Position numbers and translations under genes: made by a program
From: Octopus sinensis
Lineage: Eukaryota
Assembly (NCBI RefSeq): GCF_006345805.1
Contig: NC_043024.1
Location: forward strand, 8,680,001 to 8,744,000
Reading direction: 5' to 3'
Length of the DNA: 64,000 nucleotides
Notes under the pieces: model-generated
What the model saw: the letters and a program-made list of their open reading frames with translations, nothing else
What the model was told of the DNA's origin: nothing
The model's database searches: none
Part shown: positions 25,814 through 39,330 of the stretch, piece by piece
Layout: every line of letters starts with the position of its first letter
Position numbering within the stretch: the stretch's first letter is position 1

Positions 25814-26269
25814 TATATATTAACGTGTGTATATATAAATTTATTCTACAGAATTTTCTTTCATCCTTGTTGAACGATAAACTGAAAAACAATATTTCTG
25901 AAGAAAAACCCATCTCTAATCTTCACACTGGAGACACTTGGCAAAGTGACTGCTCACATCCTCATCCGTCTGTCTCCAACCTCTTCCGTTTCCAGAAAGG
26001 GGTTAGTCCACAATACAAGAGATATTGTGTGGTTGACACTGATCAATCCTTTAGCTCTGCTGGTCAATATCTGTGACAAAGGTCAGTAGCTTTGCTAAAT
26101 TTAATATTACATCCAACTAGATCCTGGCTGACTTGGGGAAATCTGTAACTGTCAAAGTTTCTCCACGACTGCATTTTCAGGATTTGAAATAAACGGTCAG
26201 CAAAACCATTAGGTTGTTACGAGGCATCTTATCATTACCATCATTATCATCACCATCATCGTTATTGTC

Positions 26270-26346
26270 GTCGTTTTAATGATGATGATGATGATGACCA
26301 CGATGATGATGATGATGATGATGATGACAACGATGATGATGACAAC

Positions 26347-26390
<44 letters not shown>

Positions 26391-26520
26391 CGATGATGAT
26401 GACGATGATGATAATGATGACGATGATGATGATGATGATGACGACGACGATGATGATGATGATGATGATGACGATGATGATGATGACGAGGATGACGACA
26501 ATGATGATGATGATGATGAC
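26270..26520. repeat. (GAT)n microsatellite
   Basis: Visible triplet repeat. Confidence 0.97.
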
Positions 26521-26593
26521 ATGGCTTGAAAAGTTTGTTTGACACTTGCTTGCATGGGTCACAGGGAATTCATCAAAGCAAATTTTTTTTTTA

Positions 26594-26872
26594 TGGCCCA
26601 GTGGTTAGGGCAGTGGACTCGCGGTCGTAGGATCGCGGTTTCAATTCCCAGGCCGGGCGTTGTGAGTGTTTATTGAGTGCAAACACCCAAAGGCTCCACG
26701 ATGCTCCGGCAGGGGGTGGTGATCCCTGCTATTTTCACCACTCTTTCTTCTGTTGGCCTGCTCGCTTAGCCAGCGGGGTGGTATCATTCAAAGGCTAAAA
26801 CAATGCAAACGCATTGTGACCAGCGATGTGTAACAACAAGTGATGGTCTGGTCGGTCACGTGATCACGTGAT
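26594..26872 (+). mobile_element. tRNA-derived SINE (GGCCCAGTGGTTAGGGCAG head), tail type A
   Basis: A-box/B-box-like head shared with copies at 38695, 39030, 41381, 41552, 57177 and 61279. Confidence 0.85.
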
Positions 26873-27607
26873 ATATATATATATATATGAATGACTGTAT
26901 GTGTGAGTGTGTGTATGTACATATATATATGCTTCACACACACATACATACATTCATACATACATACACACAAATTAGGCTTCTTTCAGTTTCTGTGATC
27001 CAAATCTATTCACAAGGCTTTGGCTGGCCCAGGACTATAACAGAAAATACTTGAGCAAGGCAGTGAACTAGCAGAAACGTTAGCATGCCAGATGAAATGC
27101 TTAGCGGTATTTCATCCGTCTTTATATTCCGAGTTCAAATTCCGCTAAGGTCGACTTTGCCTTTCATTCTTTCGGGGTCGATAAATTATGTACCAGTTAC
27201 ACACTGGGGTCAATGTAATCATCTTAATCCGTTTGTCTATCCTTGTTTGTCCTCTCTATGTTTAGCCCCTTGTGGGCAGTAAAGGAATAGGTATTCCGTC
27301 TGTCTTTATGTCCCGAGTTCAAATTCCGCCGAGGTCGACTTTGCCTTCCATTCTTTCAGGGTCAATAAATTAAGTACCAGTTGTGTACTGGGGTCGATCC
27401 AATCGACTGCCCCCCCCCTCCACCTCCCAAAAATTTTCAGGCCTTGTGCCTAGAGTAGAAAAGAAAATACTTAGAGCTAAGGTACCAAATGCTGAGATTG
27501 AACCCTGTACAAAAACCGCATCATGTGATTGGGATGCATACCTCATAACCACACATCTATTTTTTTTGCGCATATCCTCCAATTAAACTTCATGCTTTTT
27601 CTGTTAA

Positions 27608-27816
27608 CTCTTTAGCATTTAAACAGAACACATCCGACCCAAATATGCTACCTGTTGTATGTTCTAACCAGCCAGCCCAGCCAAATCCACCCCTCAATGC
27701 CATTCCGAAACAATAACATCGTCAAAATTTCAAAGCTATGAGATAATGCATGATACATGAAAACAATGTGACTGAAAAGGCATGACATTTGACAAAATAA
27801 TCTGAATGCTATAGGG
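27608..27816. mobile_element. piggyBac-type MITE with TTAA target duplication
   Basis: TTAA-CTCTTTAGCATT ... AATGCTATAGGG-TTAA; family also at 47163, 51339-51557 and 54618-54836. Confidence 0.8.
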
Positions 27817-28780
27817 TTAATGTTAAAAATGTAACTAGTTAGGCACAGGAGTGGCTGTATGGTAAGTAGCTTGCTTACCAACCACATGGTTCTGGGTTCA
27901 GTCCCACTGTGTGGCACCTTGGGCAAGTGTCTTCTACTATAGCCTCGGGCCGACCAAAGCCTTGTGAGTGGATTTGGTAGACGGAAACTGAAAGAAGCCC
28001 ATCGTATATATGTATATATATATATATATATGCGTGTGTGTGTTTGTCCCCCTAGCATTGCTTGACAACCGATGCTGGTGTGTTTATGTCCCCGTCACTT
28101 AGCGGTTCGGCAAAAGAGACCGATCGAATAAATACTAGGCTTACAAAGAATAAGTCCTGGGGTCGAGTTGCTCGATTAAAAGGCGGTGCTCCAGCATGGC
28201 CACAGTCAAATGACTGAAACAAGTAAAAGAGTAAAAGAGAGAGAGAGTAAAGAGTTAAGAACGCTTTCTCTCCCTCACAACTGAACGTTTATTGTCCGAG
28301 TCTTTCTGGGAAACCGTCTTCCAATGCAAGCATCATATAAAAAGAGGAGAGTAATGTCTTGTGAGACACGGACAATACTCTCTTGTAAAGTACTTAGATA
28401 AGTGGAACTGGTGACGTCAAGAGTCCAGTACTATCGTTGGAGTACTTGATGTTCCCGTTTAGTAGCCTAAATCTACTTTACTTGATTTATATAGCGACAC
28501 TTATCGGTGAAACAATCACTGGCTGTGTGGTTAAGAAGCCTGTTTTGTAATCATGGGATTCAGGGTTCAATTCCACCGTGTGGCACTTTGGGTGTATTTC
28601 TTTTATTATAATCTTGGATCAAAGGTCAACTTAAGCTTTGTGAGTGAAACTGGAAAGACGAAAACTGTGCTGAAGCCTTTAGATGAGCTCGTATCTTATT
28701 AGTGATACTACAACGTGTCCATGGTTACGGCACTGATTTATTCGAGGTAAAGATATCTGTGAGCGCTTTTGCATCTTATA

Positions 28781-29565
28781 TATATTTCTTTACTACCCAC
28801 AAGGGGCTAAACACAGAGGGGACAAACAAGGACAGACAAATGGATTAAGTCGATTATATCGACCCCAGAGCATAACTGGTACTTATTTAATCGACCCCGA
28901 AAGGATGAAAGGCAAAGTCGACCTCGGCGGAATTTGAACTCAGAACGTAGCGGCAGACGAAATACCTATTTCTTTACTACCCACAAGGGGCTAAACACAG
29001 AGGGGACAAACAAGGACAGACAAATGGATTAAGTCGATTATATTGACCCCAGAGCATAACGGTACTTATTTAATCCACCCCGAAAGGGGTGAAAGGCAAA
29101 GTCGACCTCGGCGGAATTTGAACTCAGAACGTAGCGGCAGACGAAATACCTATTTCTTTACTACCCACAAGGGGCTAAACACAGAGGGGACAAACAAGGA
29201 CAGACAAATGGATTAAGTCGATTATATTGACCCCAGAGTGTAACTGGTACTTATTTAATCAACCCCGAAAGGGTGAAAGGCAAAGTCGACCTCAGCGGAA
29301 TTTGAACTCAGAACGTAGCGGCAGACGAAGTACCTATTTCTTTATTACCCACAAGGGGCTAAACACAGAGGGGACAAACAAGGACAGACAAATGGATTAA
29401 GTCGATTATATCGACCCCAGAGCGTAACTGGTACTTATTTAATCGACTCCGAAAGGATGAAAGGCAAAGTCGACCTCAGCGGAATTTGAACTCAGAACGT
29501 AACGGCAGACAAAATACGGCTACGCATTTCGCCCGGCGTGCTAACAGTTCTGCCAGCTCACCACT
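28781..29565 (-). mobile_element. SINE tetramer: four 184-bp bodies with a single head
   Basis: Junctions at 28965, 29149 and 29333; head from 29517. Confidence 0.92.
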
Positions 29566-30312
29566 GGCATCTTATAACTGTCATCTTATAACCCAACTCA
29601 GATTGAGACTGAAATTATTTTCTTGTCAATACTAAGATATGCGGGTTCGTTCACTTCCGTCAGATAGCCAGAGTATCTTATCGTTCTTTTATCTTTGACT
29701 TGTTGTGGTCGCTGAACTGTGGCCATGCTGGAACACTGCCAAATCAACCCCAGTACTTATTTTCATTTAAAAGTCTGGTATTTATTCTATCAGTCTTATT
29801 TTGCCAAACTGCTAAGTTATGGGAACGTAAACAAAACCGACGCCTGTTGCCAAGCAGTAGGAGGGGTCCAAAACAAACATGGATACAAAGACATACACAC
29901 ATACACACACATGCATGGACATATATCAGGCTTCCACACAGTTTCCGTCAACGAAATTCCCTCACAAGGCATTTGTTGGCTCAGAGCAAAAATCAGAAAA
30001 CTTGCCCAAAATACTGTGCAGTGGAACTGAACCTGAGACCACTACTACCACCACTACCACCACCACCACCACCACCACTAATACCACTACTCACCATGCA
30101 AGGCCTCAGCATCTCTGAGGCATGGGACATAAAGAAGGAAATGAAAGGGGAGGGGGATAAATACAGCTGATTTTTAAAAAATGATTATCTACTTTGCTCT
30201 CTAAAAATAACAGTCATTGTATTCTTGTCTGGCACCTGACCAATTCTACAAATGCTCCACTAATCAAACCACAGGACCATACTACTTACTACTACTGCTG
30301 CTGCTGCTGCTG

Positions 30313-30354
<42 letters not shown>

Positions 30355-31292
30355 TCACCTACTACTACTACTACTACTACTATCACCTACTACTACTACT
30401 ACTGCTACTGCTGCTGCTGCTGCTGATAATAATAATTCTTTCCTACTCTAGGCACAAGGCCTGAAATTTCGGGGGAAGGGAGCAGTCATTTAGATTGACC
30501 ACAGTACACAACTGGTACTTAATTTATCAAGCCCAAAAAGATGAAAGGCAAAGTTGACCTAATAATAATAATAATGATGATGTTCATGATAATGGTTTCA
30601 AACTTTGCAACAAGGGCAGCAATTTTAGGGACAAGGAGATGAATCGATTACATCTACCCCAGTGTTTAACTGGTACTTATTTTATCGACCCCAAAAGGAT
30701 GAAAGGTAAAGTCGACCTCAGCGGAATTTGAACTCAGAACGTACTAACGGGCGAAATACGGCTAAGTATTTCGTCCGGTGAGCTAATGATCTTGCCAGCT
30801 CACCATCTTACTAATAATGATAATAATAATTAATTCTTTTATTGGCCACAAGGGTTGACAAAAATTAATTATAACATAAAGAGGACAAAACAGGACGAAG
30901 GGTTACAAAGGGTTTTGTCCGTTTGTAAAAAAAAAAAAAAACGTGTAAAAACAGTGTAACAACAAAAAATTATAACAACAAAAATCTCCCAACAGGGGGA
31001 AGACGTTACGAAAGGTTCCTGGTGGAAAAACCCATAAAAGCCACAGGGAACCTGGTCAAAAGTAGAGAGCCCCTTTCTCCTTTTGTAATACCTTTTTAAA
31101 TTACAAGAGTATCCTCAGAATGGCTCCTTTCATACTGGCCATTCTTGCGACATTTATCCACCTTTCAGTAAACTTGCTAATAATAATAATAATAATAATA
31201 ATAAAAATAATAATATTCAGTACTGCTGCTGCTGCTGCTGATGATGATGACAAGGATGAGAACACTGATGGTGAGAACAATGAAAATGAGGT

Positions 31293-31327
<35 letters not shown>

Positions 31328-31500
31328 CAGAAGAGCATTAAAGAGCAAAATATATTTATGCATTTAATTACATAAATGTCCTTTCAATACATCTCTCTCT
31401 CTCACATATACACACACACATATACACACACATGCGTATTCATACACATATGCATTTATATGCACATATATACTTACACATACATAAATGTGTGTGTGTA

Positions 31501-31531
<31 letters not shown>

Positions 31532-31739
31532 GTATGCATGTATATATATATATATGTGTATGTGTATATATATATATGTATATATATATATGTATGTATA
31601 TATATATGTTGTTATGTATGTTGTATATATATATATACATGCACATAAGCATTCTTGAATATAAATAATTGATGGGCTGAATATATTGCAGAGAGAATGA
31701 AAGCCTGTCTGTTAGCTAAAACTGCAGCAGCACCACCAC

Positions 31740-31969
31740 CGACCACCACTACCACCACCACTACTTCTATCATATCATCTCAACTACTATCACCTACTAC
31801 TACTACTACAACTACTACTACTACTACTACTACAACTACTACTATTACTACAACTACTACTACTATCACCACCACCATCACCACCAACCACCGACCACCA
31901 CTACCACCACGACGACTTCTATCATATCATCTCAACTACTATCACCTACTACTACTACTACAACAACTG

Positions 31970-32005
<36 letters not shown>

Positions 32006-32579
32006 TCACCTACTACTACTACCACTACTACTACTACTACAACTGCTGCTGCTACTACTACTACTACTACCACCACCACCACAACCACCACCGTCATTAA
32101 AATTAGAGCAAGAAGTTGAAGGGAAGTTGGCTTATCACAAATGGTTGCAATGTCTGATTATTAAGGGTGGCAGTGGTGGTGGTGGTAGTGGTGAAGTGGT
32201 GGTGGTATTGGTGGTTGTAGTGGTGTTGGCAGTTGCAGTGGTTTTGTTGGCTTAGGAAATGGCGTTTGTTGTGGTGCTGGTAGCCGTGGTGTTATTGGTT
32301 GTGGTAATGGTGGTGGTTGTAGTGGAAATGGGGGTGGTGATGGTTGTAGTGTTCGTTGTAGTAGTGGCGGTAGTAGTGGTGGTGAAGGCAGTGGTTACTG
32401 TGGTGATGATGACATCGGTGATACTAATGGGGTGGGGCTATACCAGTGATGTTAGCATTAGTAGTAGTAGTAGTGGAGCCAGAGGGAGGAGGGTGGAGAC
32501 AACAGTAGTAGTAGTCATAGTAGCAGTAGCAGTGGTGGTGGTGGTGGTGGTAGTAGTAGTAATAGTAGTAGTAGTAGTG

Positions 32580-32611
<32 letters not shown>

Positions 32612-32687
32612 TGTAGTTGTAGTAGTTGTAGTAGTAGTAGTAGTCGTGGTGGTGGTGGTGGTGGTAGTAGTAGTAATAGTAGTGGTT

Positions 32688-32733
<46 letters not shown>

Positions 32734-32745
32734 TAGTAGTAGGTA
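31740..32745. repeat. (CTA/CCA)n tract followed by the complementary (GTA/GTG)n tract
   Basis: 31740-32100 and 32160-32745 are oppositely oriented triplet repeats. Confidence 0.9.
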
Positions 32746-33071
32746 TTTAGGTATGTAGGTTTGGTATGCATGCATACATATGTATTTATGAATTTAGGTT
32801 GGTAGGTACATAACATGCATAGGTAATCACATCGTGGACACCTAGACCACGGTGATAAGACAGGGTTGTCACTCATCGAATAATAAAACGCCCAGATTAT
32901 TAGCTGCAAAAAAAACCCAGATCCTATTCCATAAACCCAGATGTAAGAAAATAGATATACAATTGGTAATTTAATGATAAAATATGATATAGAGCAAAAT
33001 GAATACAGAATTTAATGCTCACTTTATTATAATAATAATAATAATAATATAATAATAATAATAATAATAAT

Positions 33072-33543
33072 AATAAAATATTCAGACAAATACATAACAA
33101 AAACACCAGGACTTACAAACACATATAACACACAGAAAATTGCACTACTAGGCACTGCACACATCCTACGCAGAACCCTTTCCATACAATAACCATCAGA
33201 GCATCACAACAAATCACAGCACATACCCAAGGCACACAGAGCTGCGCTCGGTAGTGAAGTGAAAGCACGCTATAAAAATAAAACTACTGAATAATAATAA
33301 TAATAATAATGATAATAATAATAATAATAAAATATTCAGACAAATACATAACAAAAACACCAGGACTTACAAACACATAAACACACAGAAAATTGCACTA
33401 CTAGGCACTGCACACATCCTACGCAGAACCCTTTCCATACAATAACCATCAGAGCATCACAACAAATCACAGCACATACCCAAGGCACACAGAGCTGCGC
33501 TCGGTAGTGAAGTGAAAGCACGCTATAAAAATAAAACTACTGA
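33072..33543 (+). mobile_element. Two tandem 5'-truncated Dong/R4-like (restriction-like endonuclease) LINE 3' ends in (TAA)n
   Basis: First copy translates ...QKIALLGTAHILRRTLSIQ*, typical of the ORF C-terminus of this LINE group; both copies are flanked by (AAT)n. Confidence 0.75.
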
Positions 33544-33589
33544 ATAATAATAATAATAATAATGATAATAATAATAATAATAATAATAA

Positions 33590-33995
33590 TGAAATTTTTG
33601 TATACAGTGCTCAGGTGCACCACAACTTGTCAAAAGTGCGTATAAAGCATATGCAGTAATGTACAAATGTCTGGGAAGTGAACACTGTATGAGTCAGATA
33701 CATGCTTGCGTGTGTATGGAGGGGAGAAAATCAGGTGTAGAGTTGGCGAACCTCAGGAAGCATGGAAGTTTTGAAGGATGCAGTGCTCCGACAACTAACA
33801 ACTGATGCCAGCAGTTTGTTCCATGCTTCAGCAACTCTTAGCATGAAAAAATGTTTCCAAAAGTCATGGGAGCTGTGCTGTTTTCTGACTTTGTAAATAT
33901 GTCCACGGATGTTAGATGGGTGGAGTTCGAAGAGGTGCTCAGAGTTATTGTTTGTCAGATAGTTAATACATTTATGGATGTCTGCCAAGTCAGGC
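33590..33995 (-). mobile_element. CR1/L2-like LINE 3' fragment
   Basis: ORF 33731-33988; same family as 4333-4857. Confidence 0.85.
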
Positions 33996-33997
33996 AG

Positions 33998-35130
33998 CTA
34001 ATTGTCAATTTTATACACATCCACATCATCTTCATTCACTCCTTCAATGGTGATAGACTCATTTTGTTCCTTTTTGAAGTTCAATCTACTTGTATATCTA
34101 TGATGACAAGACCCTACATCTTTAATAAATTTAGCGTTTGGCTCCCAAGAAAAGCATGATGTTCCCTTTCTTGTAATTGTTTGTTTAGCAAGCAGATGAT
34201 TGATGATTGATTTGGTCTTCAACCTATTAGTAAACTTTGTCTTTGTGCAATATACTTGGGAAAAGATGTGCTCCATGCACCCTAATGAATGTGGTAACAC
34301 CGTTAATTAGTCATGAACTGTGACAGCCTCTCAAATTTAGAGTGGTCAAGCCCGTCTTTAAGATTGCGTATGGAATACCTGGACACTAAAGAAAGATGAC
34401 CAGAAGAGAATTAATGCATTCGAGCTTTGGTATTGGAGAAGACTTTTACGGATTCCATGGATAGCGAGGCTCACCAATGGAGAAGTTCTTAAGCAGATCA
34501 GGCCGAAAATGTCGCTAGAAGCTAGGATCACCAAGCATAGATTGGCATATTTCGGTCATATTATGCAGAGAAAATCCCAGGAGAAGGACATCATGCTCGG
34601 AATGGTCAATGGCAAGAGAGGAAGAGAGTGACCAATGGAGAAGTTCTTAAGCAGATCAGGCCGAAAATGTCGCTAGAAGCTAGGATCACCAAGCATAGAT
34701 TGGCATATTTCGGTCATATTATGTGGAGAAAATCCCTGGAGAAGGACATCATGCTCAGAATGGTCAATGGCAAGAGAGGAAGAGGCTGACCAATGAAGAA
34801 GTTCTTAAGCAGATCAGGCCGAAAATGTCGCTAGAAGCTAGGATCACCAAGCATAGATTGGCATATTTCGGTCATATTATGCGGAGAAAATCCCTGGAGA
34901 AGGACATCATGCTCGGAATGGTCAGTGGCAAGAGAGGAAGAGGCCGACCAAGAACCCGCTGGCTTGACTCCATCAAGAGGGATACCGGAATGGACATAGC
35001 CAATCTGAAAGAAGCGGCCTAGGATAGAACTGACTGGAGGACACTGATCCATGGAGTAACCGAGAGTTGACTTCGACTGAGTGGATAGATAGATAGATGA
35101 ATACCAAATGACAATCGAAGCATACATCAT
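33998..35130 (-). pseudogene. hAT transposase C-terminal (dimerisation domain) remnant, split by an RTE insertion
   Basis: Removing 34380-35105 gives ..IWYSIRNLKDGLDHSKFERLSQFMTN/TVLPHSLGCMEHIFSQVYCTKTKFTNRLK, matching the hAT LPHS..CERIFS...TK..NRL motif. Confidence 0.75.
34380..35098 (+). mobile_element. RTE-clade LINE 3' fragment with a 158-bp internal triplication and (GATA)n tail
   Basis: ORF reads ..RLAYFGHIMRRKSLEKDIMLGMVSGKRGRGRPRTRWLD..; 7-bp TSD GAATACC (34373-34379 and 35099-35105). Confidence 0.9.
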
Positions 35131-35324
35131 GAACAAAGTCAAGCTGTCAAATGGTGGTGTCAGAGTTTCACACAAGTGAACAAGTGGCCACCAACACATT
35201 GTCACTTGTAGTTGCCCGGTATGATACAAGTATAAACAAATAATGAACATGTACGAACAGTAATTACATCACATACAATATTTGTATTGATAAATTCATT
35301 ACGTGAGGTGATTGTGGATGGTAT

Positions 35325-35880
35325 ATATGTTTCTTTATTAGCCACACAGGGCTACACACAGTCGGGACAAATTACAAGGTAGAGATTTTCTTTTTGGGGA
35401 TAAAAAAAAGGGGCTTTGGTTTTCGATCAATAGGGATCGTAAAAGGAAAGAAAGAGGAAAGCAAAAATAAAAAAAGGAGGGGGGATAAAAATAAAAGGAA
35501 AAAGAAAAAATCAATCAATAGGGACCGTTATCACAGAAATGTCAATATAAAGTGTAAAGGGGAGGACAGGTGAGGTTTATCCATGGAAAGAAAAGCCTAC
35601 GGAAAAAACCTTGGTCAATGAAGTCACATGTTATATTTCTTTTTTACAAATAAGCAACTCTCTGTATTAATTTTTACGGTTCATAGGATCATAGTCAAGG
35701 TGGCTTCGTCATTCATACGTGCCATCCTTGCTACATTCACCCATCTTTTTTTAAAACATCCACTAGACAACACTTGCCTCTCTACTCTCACTTTCCTCTT
35801 CAAGTGATACTTGAAGAAGTTGATGAGAGATTGACCAGAGAGGAAAGTGTTTGTCTCCAATCCTTTCAGGCGCGTCCACA
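35325..35880 (-). mobile_element. Possible L1/Tx1-like LINE 3' fragment
   Basis: ORF 35681-35881 (..LINFFKYHLKRKVRVERQVLS..KKRW..) followed by a T-rich 3' UTR; related sequence at about 30840-31180. Confidence 0.45.
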
Positions 35881-36124
35881 TATAGAAAGTTCACAAAGTA
35901 CTAGAAGAGGTGCAACTTTGGTGCATATTGCATACGAAGAGTATGACACTGAATTCTCTTTAAAAGATAAGTTTGCAGCCAAAATTAACTTTAAAAATCC
36001 AGATTTAATGTAAATTAGGAAATTAAAACACATAAACCCATCATTGCTCCAAAAAACCCCAGATCTGGGTGGAAAAACCCATCAGTAGCATCCCTGTGAT
36101 AAGATATTTACATATACATATATA

Positions 36125-36177
<53 letters not shown>

Positions 36178-36341
36178 TATATATATATACCTATTAATTA
36201 TACGGGTAATTAGAATTATATTAAGAGATTAGAGATAGCTACTAATTTAATATATATTTTATTCAACACCAGTGGCCTAGGTGCTACGAGAAACCATGGA
36301 TTATTATAATATTTTATAACATATTACCAATACTTTTACAA

Positions 36342-36496
36342 AAAACAATATAAGAGAGTGGTCAATATATTGCTCACTCTAGCACCAGTTAATCCAAAAG
36401 GTTTCAACCACGAAGATACATGTTTCCCATGAAAGCCAGTAGATACAAACTGGTGCTAGAGTGAGCAATATATTGACCACTCTCTTATATTGTTTT
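36342..36496. repeat. Perfect inverted repeat (49-bp arms, 57-nt loop) inside a (TA)n field
   Basis: 36342-36390 is the reverse complement of 36448-36496. Confidence 0.92.
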
Positions 36497-36505
36497 ATAT
36501 ATTAA

Positions 36506-36541
<36 letters not shown>

Positions 36542-36628
36542 CCTATATATATATATAGATATATATACATATATATACCTATATATATATATATAATACT
36601 ATATATACATACCTATATATATATTACC

Positions 36629-36720
<92 letters not shown>

Positions 36721-36724
36721 TTAC

Positions 36725-36780
<56 letters not shown>

Positions 36781-36796
36781 CTATATATATATATAT

Positions 36797-36847
<51 letters not shown>

Positions 36848-37566
36848 CCTATATACATATACATATATATATACACACACACACATATATATATATATAT
36901 ACATAGATATACAACATATATAATCTACTATCAATGTGACATCGTTCTGCAGGAATTAACAACGGTCCTCATATCCCGATAAGATAATCTCATTAACAGT
37001 TTTCTGCTAGTTAATCATTAAGAATTTAGTCCTTTATCTCGAAATCCTCACCCACCACCAAAACCACCCCATCACTCGCACCTACCCCACACCCCACATT
37101 CAGCCTTCCGTTTTCTTCCATCTCATCCTACCCACGGTCATTTCAGATTAGTCCTTTATCTGAGACCATCTCCATCATTACCATCACCACCCTCTAGACT
37201 ATTCTCTCTCTCTCTCATATACATATTTTATCCATTGCAAAACCAGAAGTCATTTAAACTGACCCCACCGCCACCATCCCTAGTAAGGCACAGGCATGGC
37301 TGTGTGGTTAAGAAGCTCGCATTCTAACCATGCAGCCTTAGGTTCAATCCCACTGTGTGGTACCTTGGGTAAATGTCTCCTCTTATATAGCACCAAGCTG
37401 ACCAAAGCTTTGTGAGGAGATTTGGAAGACGGAAACTAAAAGAAGCCTGTTTCATATATATATATGTACACACACACACACACATGCACATACACACACA
37501 CACATGCACACACACACGTGTGAGCGCGCGCACACACACACACACAGTTCATAGATGAGACTCGGA

Positions 37567-38067
37567 TCTCTCTCTATATAAACGGCAGTTTGTCTGTCTG
37601 TGTGTCTGTGTGTCTGTCAGGTTGTACCCTCACCCTGACCACGGCTTTCAACCGATTCTGATAAAACTTGACACACCCATAGCCCAATGTCATAATTCAA
37701 AATTAACGCAGCGAAAATTTTGAAAAGTTCCCCCAGTTCTGAAAAAAAATCAATAAATTTGACTGGGGTCGAGAATCTAAGCTTTTTATATGCAACACAT
37801 TTTCTGTTGTAGTTTTCGCAACTTGCAATTGATTTTCACCAAACTCATGGTGAAGCTTAATGTTACCCTAAGAAACTTAATTCTGAGGTTAGTTTTCCAT
37901 GCAATACCTTACCATCAGAAAAAATACACAGAAGTATTACAGTGAAGAGAAGACATTGCAACCTACACATGCGCCTTCGTTCCCTAGAGGGAAAGGACTA
38001 GATTGGGATTAGTCATTGCCTACTAGGGGCTCTTACATACCCGGACAACGCCGGGCTATGCTGCTAG
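37567..38067 (+). mobile_element. Non-autonomous Helitron
   Basis: 5' TC; 3' hairpin CCCGGACAACGCCGGG followed by CTAG; inserted between A and T. Confidence 0.82.
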
Positions 38068-38694
38068 TATTTTCTATTTAGAATCCACCTAGTTGTGCTC
38101 AAGAGGTCTAAACTTGAGTGGATAGAGGTAAATGTAAGGATAAGCCAATTAACTAAGACTACATTATCCATTGTGTCCCTCCATTTATAAATAGTGGAGT
38201 GATTTGGCAGCTATTTCTAACAAGCCAAATGCTTGTGTCGAGCCCCCCCCCCCAAAAAAAAACTGCCATTTACTCATGAAACTGTAAAGACAGGTCACTG
38301 AATAGCACACAGTATTCTGTGACGCTTCTTCTGATTCTGACATCAATCACCCTTCTATGTTACAAGTCAAAGAATGGAGAATGGAGAATGTTGTTGCAGG
38401 AATTAAGTCTCTGACATGAACCAAAAGCTAGAAATATCACTGGAGCCAACTTGTCTTGTCATGATAACCAGATGCAGAGATCTTTCAGTGATCCAAGAAG
38501 GACATTTTATTTTTATTTTTATCAGATAATATAATTTACCAGATATACATTACACAACGCACACGTGCACAAACACAAACACACACATCAAACCAACAAG
38601 AGAGCTTCTATACAGTCGTCTGGCCTGCTAGAAATAGCAACCAATTCTCCTTCAAGTCATACCCTCCTGTATTAAATGAAAGATACATTAGACA

Positions 38695-39330
38695 AATAAT
38701 ATTGTTGTTGTTTGTTCCTTCTTGAGCCATACCTGGCTCATAGGGGCCGGTTTCTTGGTTTCTTGGCATATAGCTTTCCCACCTGGACGGGACGCTGGTC
38801 CGTCACAGGTGAGCTGCAAGATGCAGGAGGAAAGAGTGAGAGAAAGTTGTGGCGAAAGAGTCAGCAGAAGTTCGCCATTACCTTCTGCCGGAGCTGTGTG
38901 GAGCTTAGGTGTTTCGCTCATAAACACACACATCGCCTGGTCTGAGATTCGAACCCATTATTCCTCGACCACGAGTCTGCTACTCTAACCACTAGGCCAT
39001 GTGCCTCCACACACACACACATATATATGTTTATTCCTTCTTGAGCCATGCCTGGCTCATAAGGGCCGGTTTCCCGGTTTCTTGGCGTATAGGTTCCCCA
39101 CCTGGACGGGATGCCGGTCCATCACAGGTGAGCTGCAAGATGCAGGAGGAAAGAGTGAGAGAAAGTTGTGGCGAAAGAGTCAGCAGAAGTTTCGCCATTA
39201 CCTTCTGCCGGAGCTGCGTTGAGCTTAGGTGTTTCGCTCATAAACACACACATCGCCCGGTCTGAGATTCGAACCCGCGATCCCTTGACCGTGAGTCCGC
39301 TGCTCTAACCACTAGGCCATGTGCCTCACA
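38695..39330 (-). mobile_element. Two tandem tRNA-derived SINEs (tail type B/C)
   Basis: Two similar ~300-bp copies with heads GAGGCACATGGCCTAGTGGTTAGAG. Confidence 0.85.

Larger units (their letters stand above)
32861..36096 (-). mobile_element. Internally deleted hAT DNA transposon carrying nested insertions
   Basis: Perfect 8-bp TSD TGATAAGA (32853-32860 and 36097-36104); TIRs CAGGGTTGTCAC / GTAGCATCCCTG; subterminal AAAACCCAG repeats; transposase C-terminal remnant inside. Confidence 0.88.

Noticed and set aside
25880-26080. HTGDT motif next to the gap as a missing PNKD exon
   Set aside because: It is on the wrong strand, and the surrounding residues do not match the glyoxalase II family.
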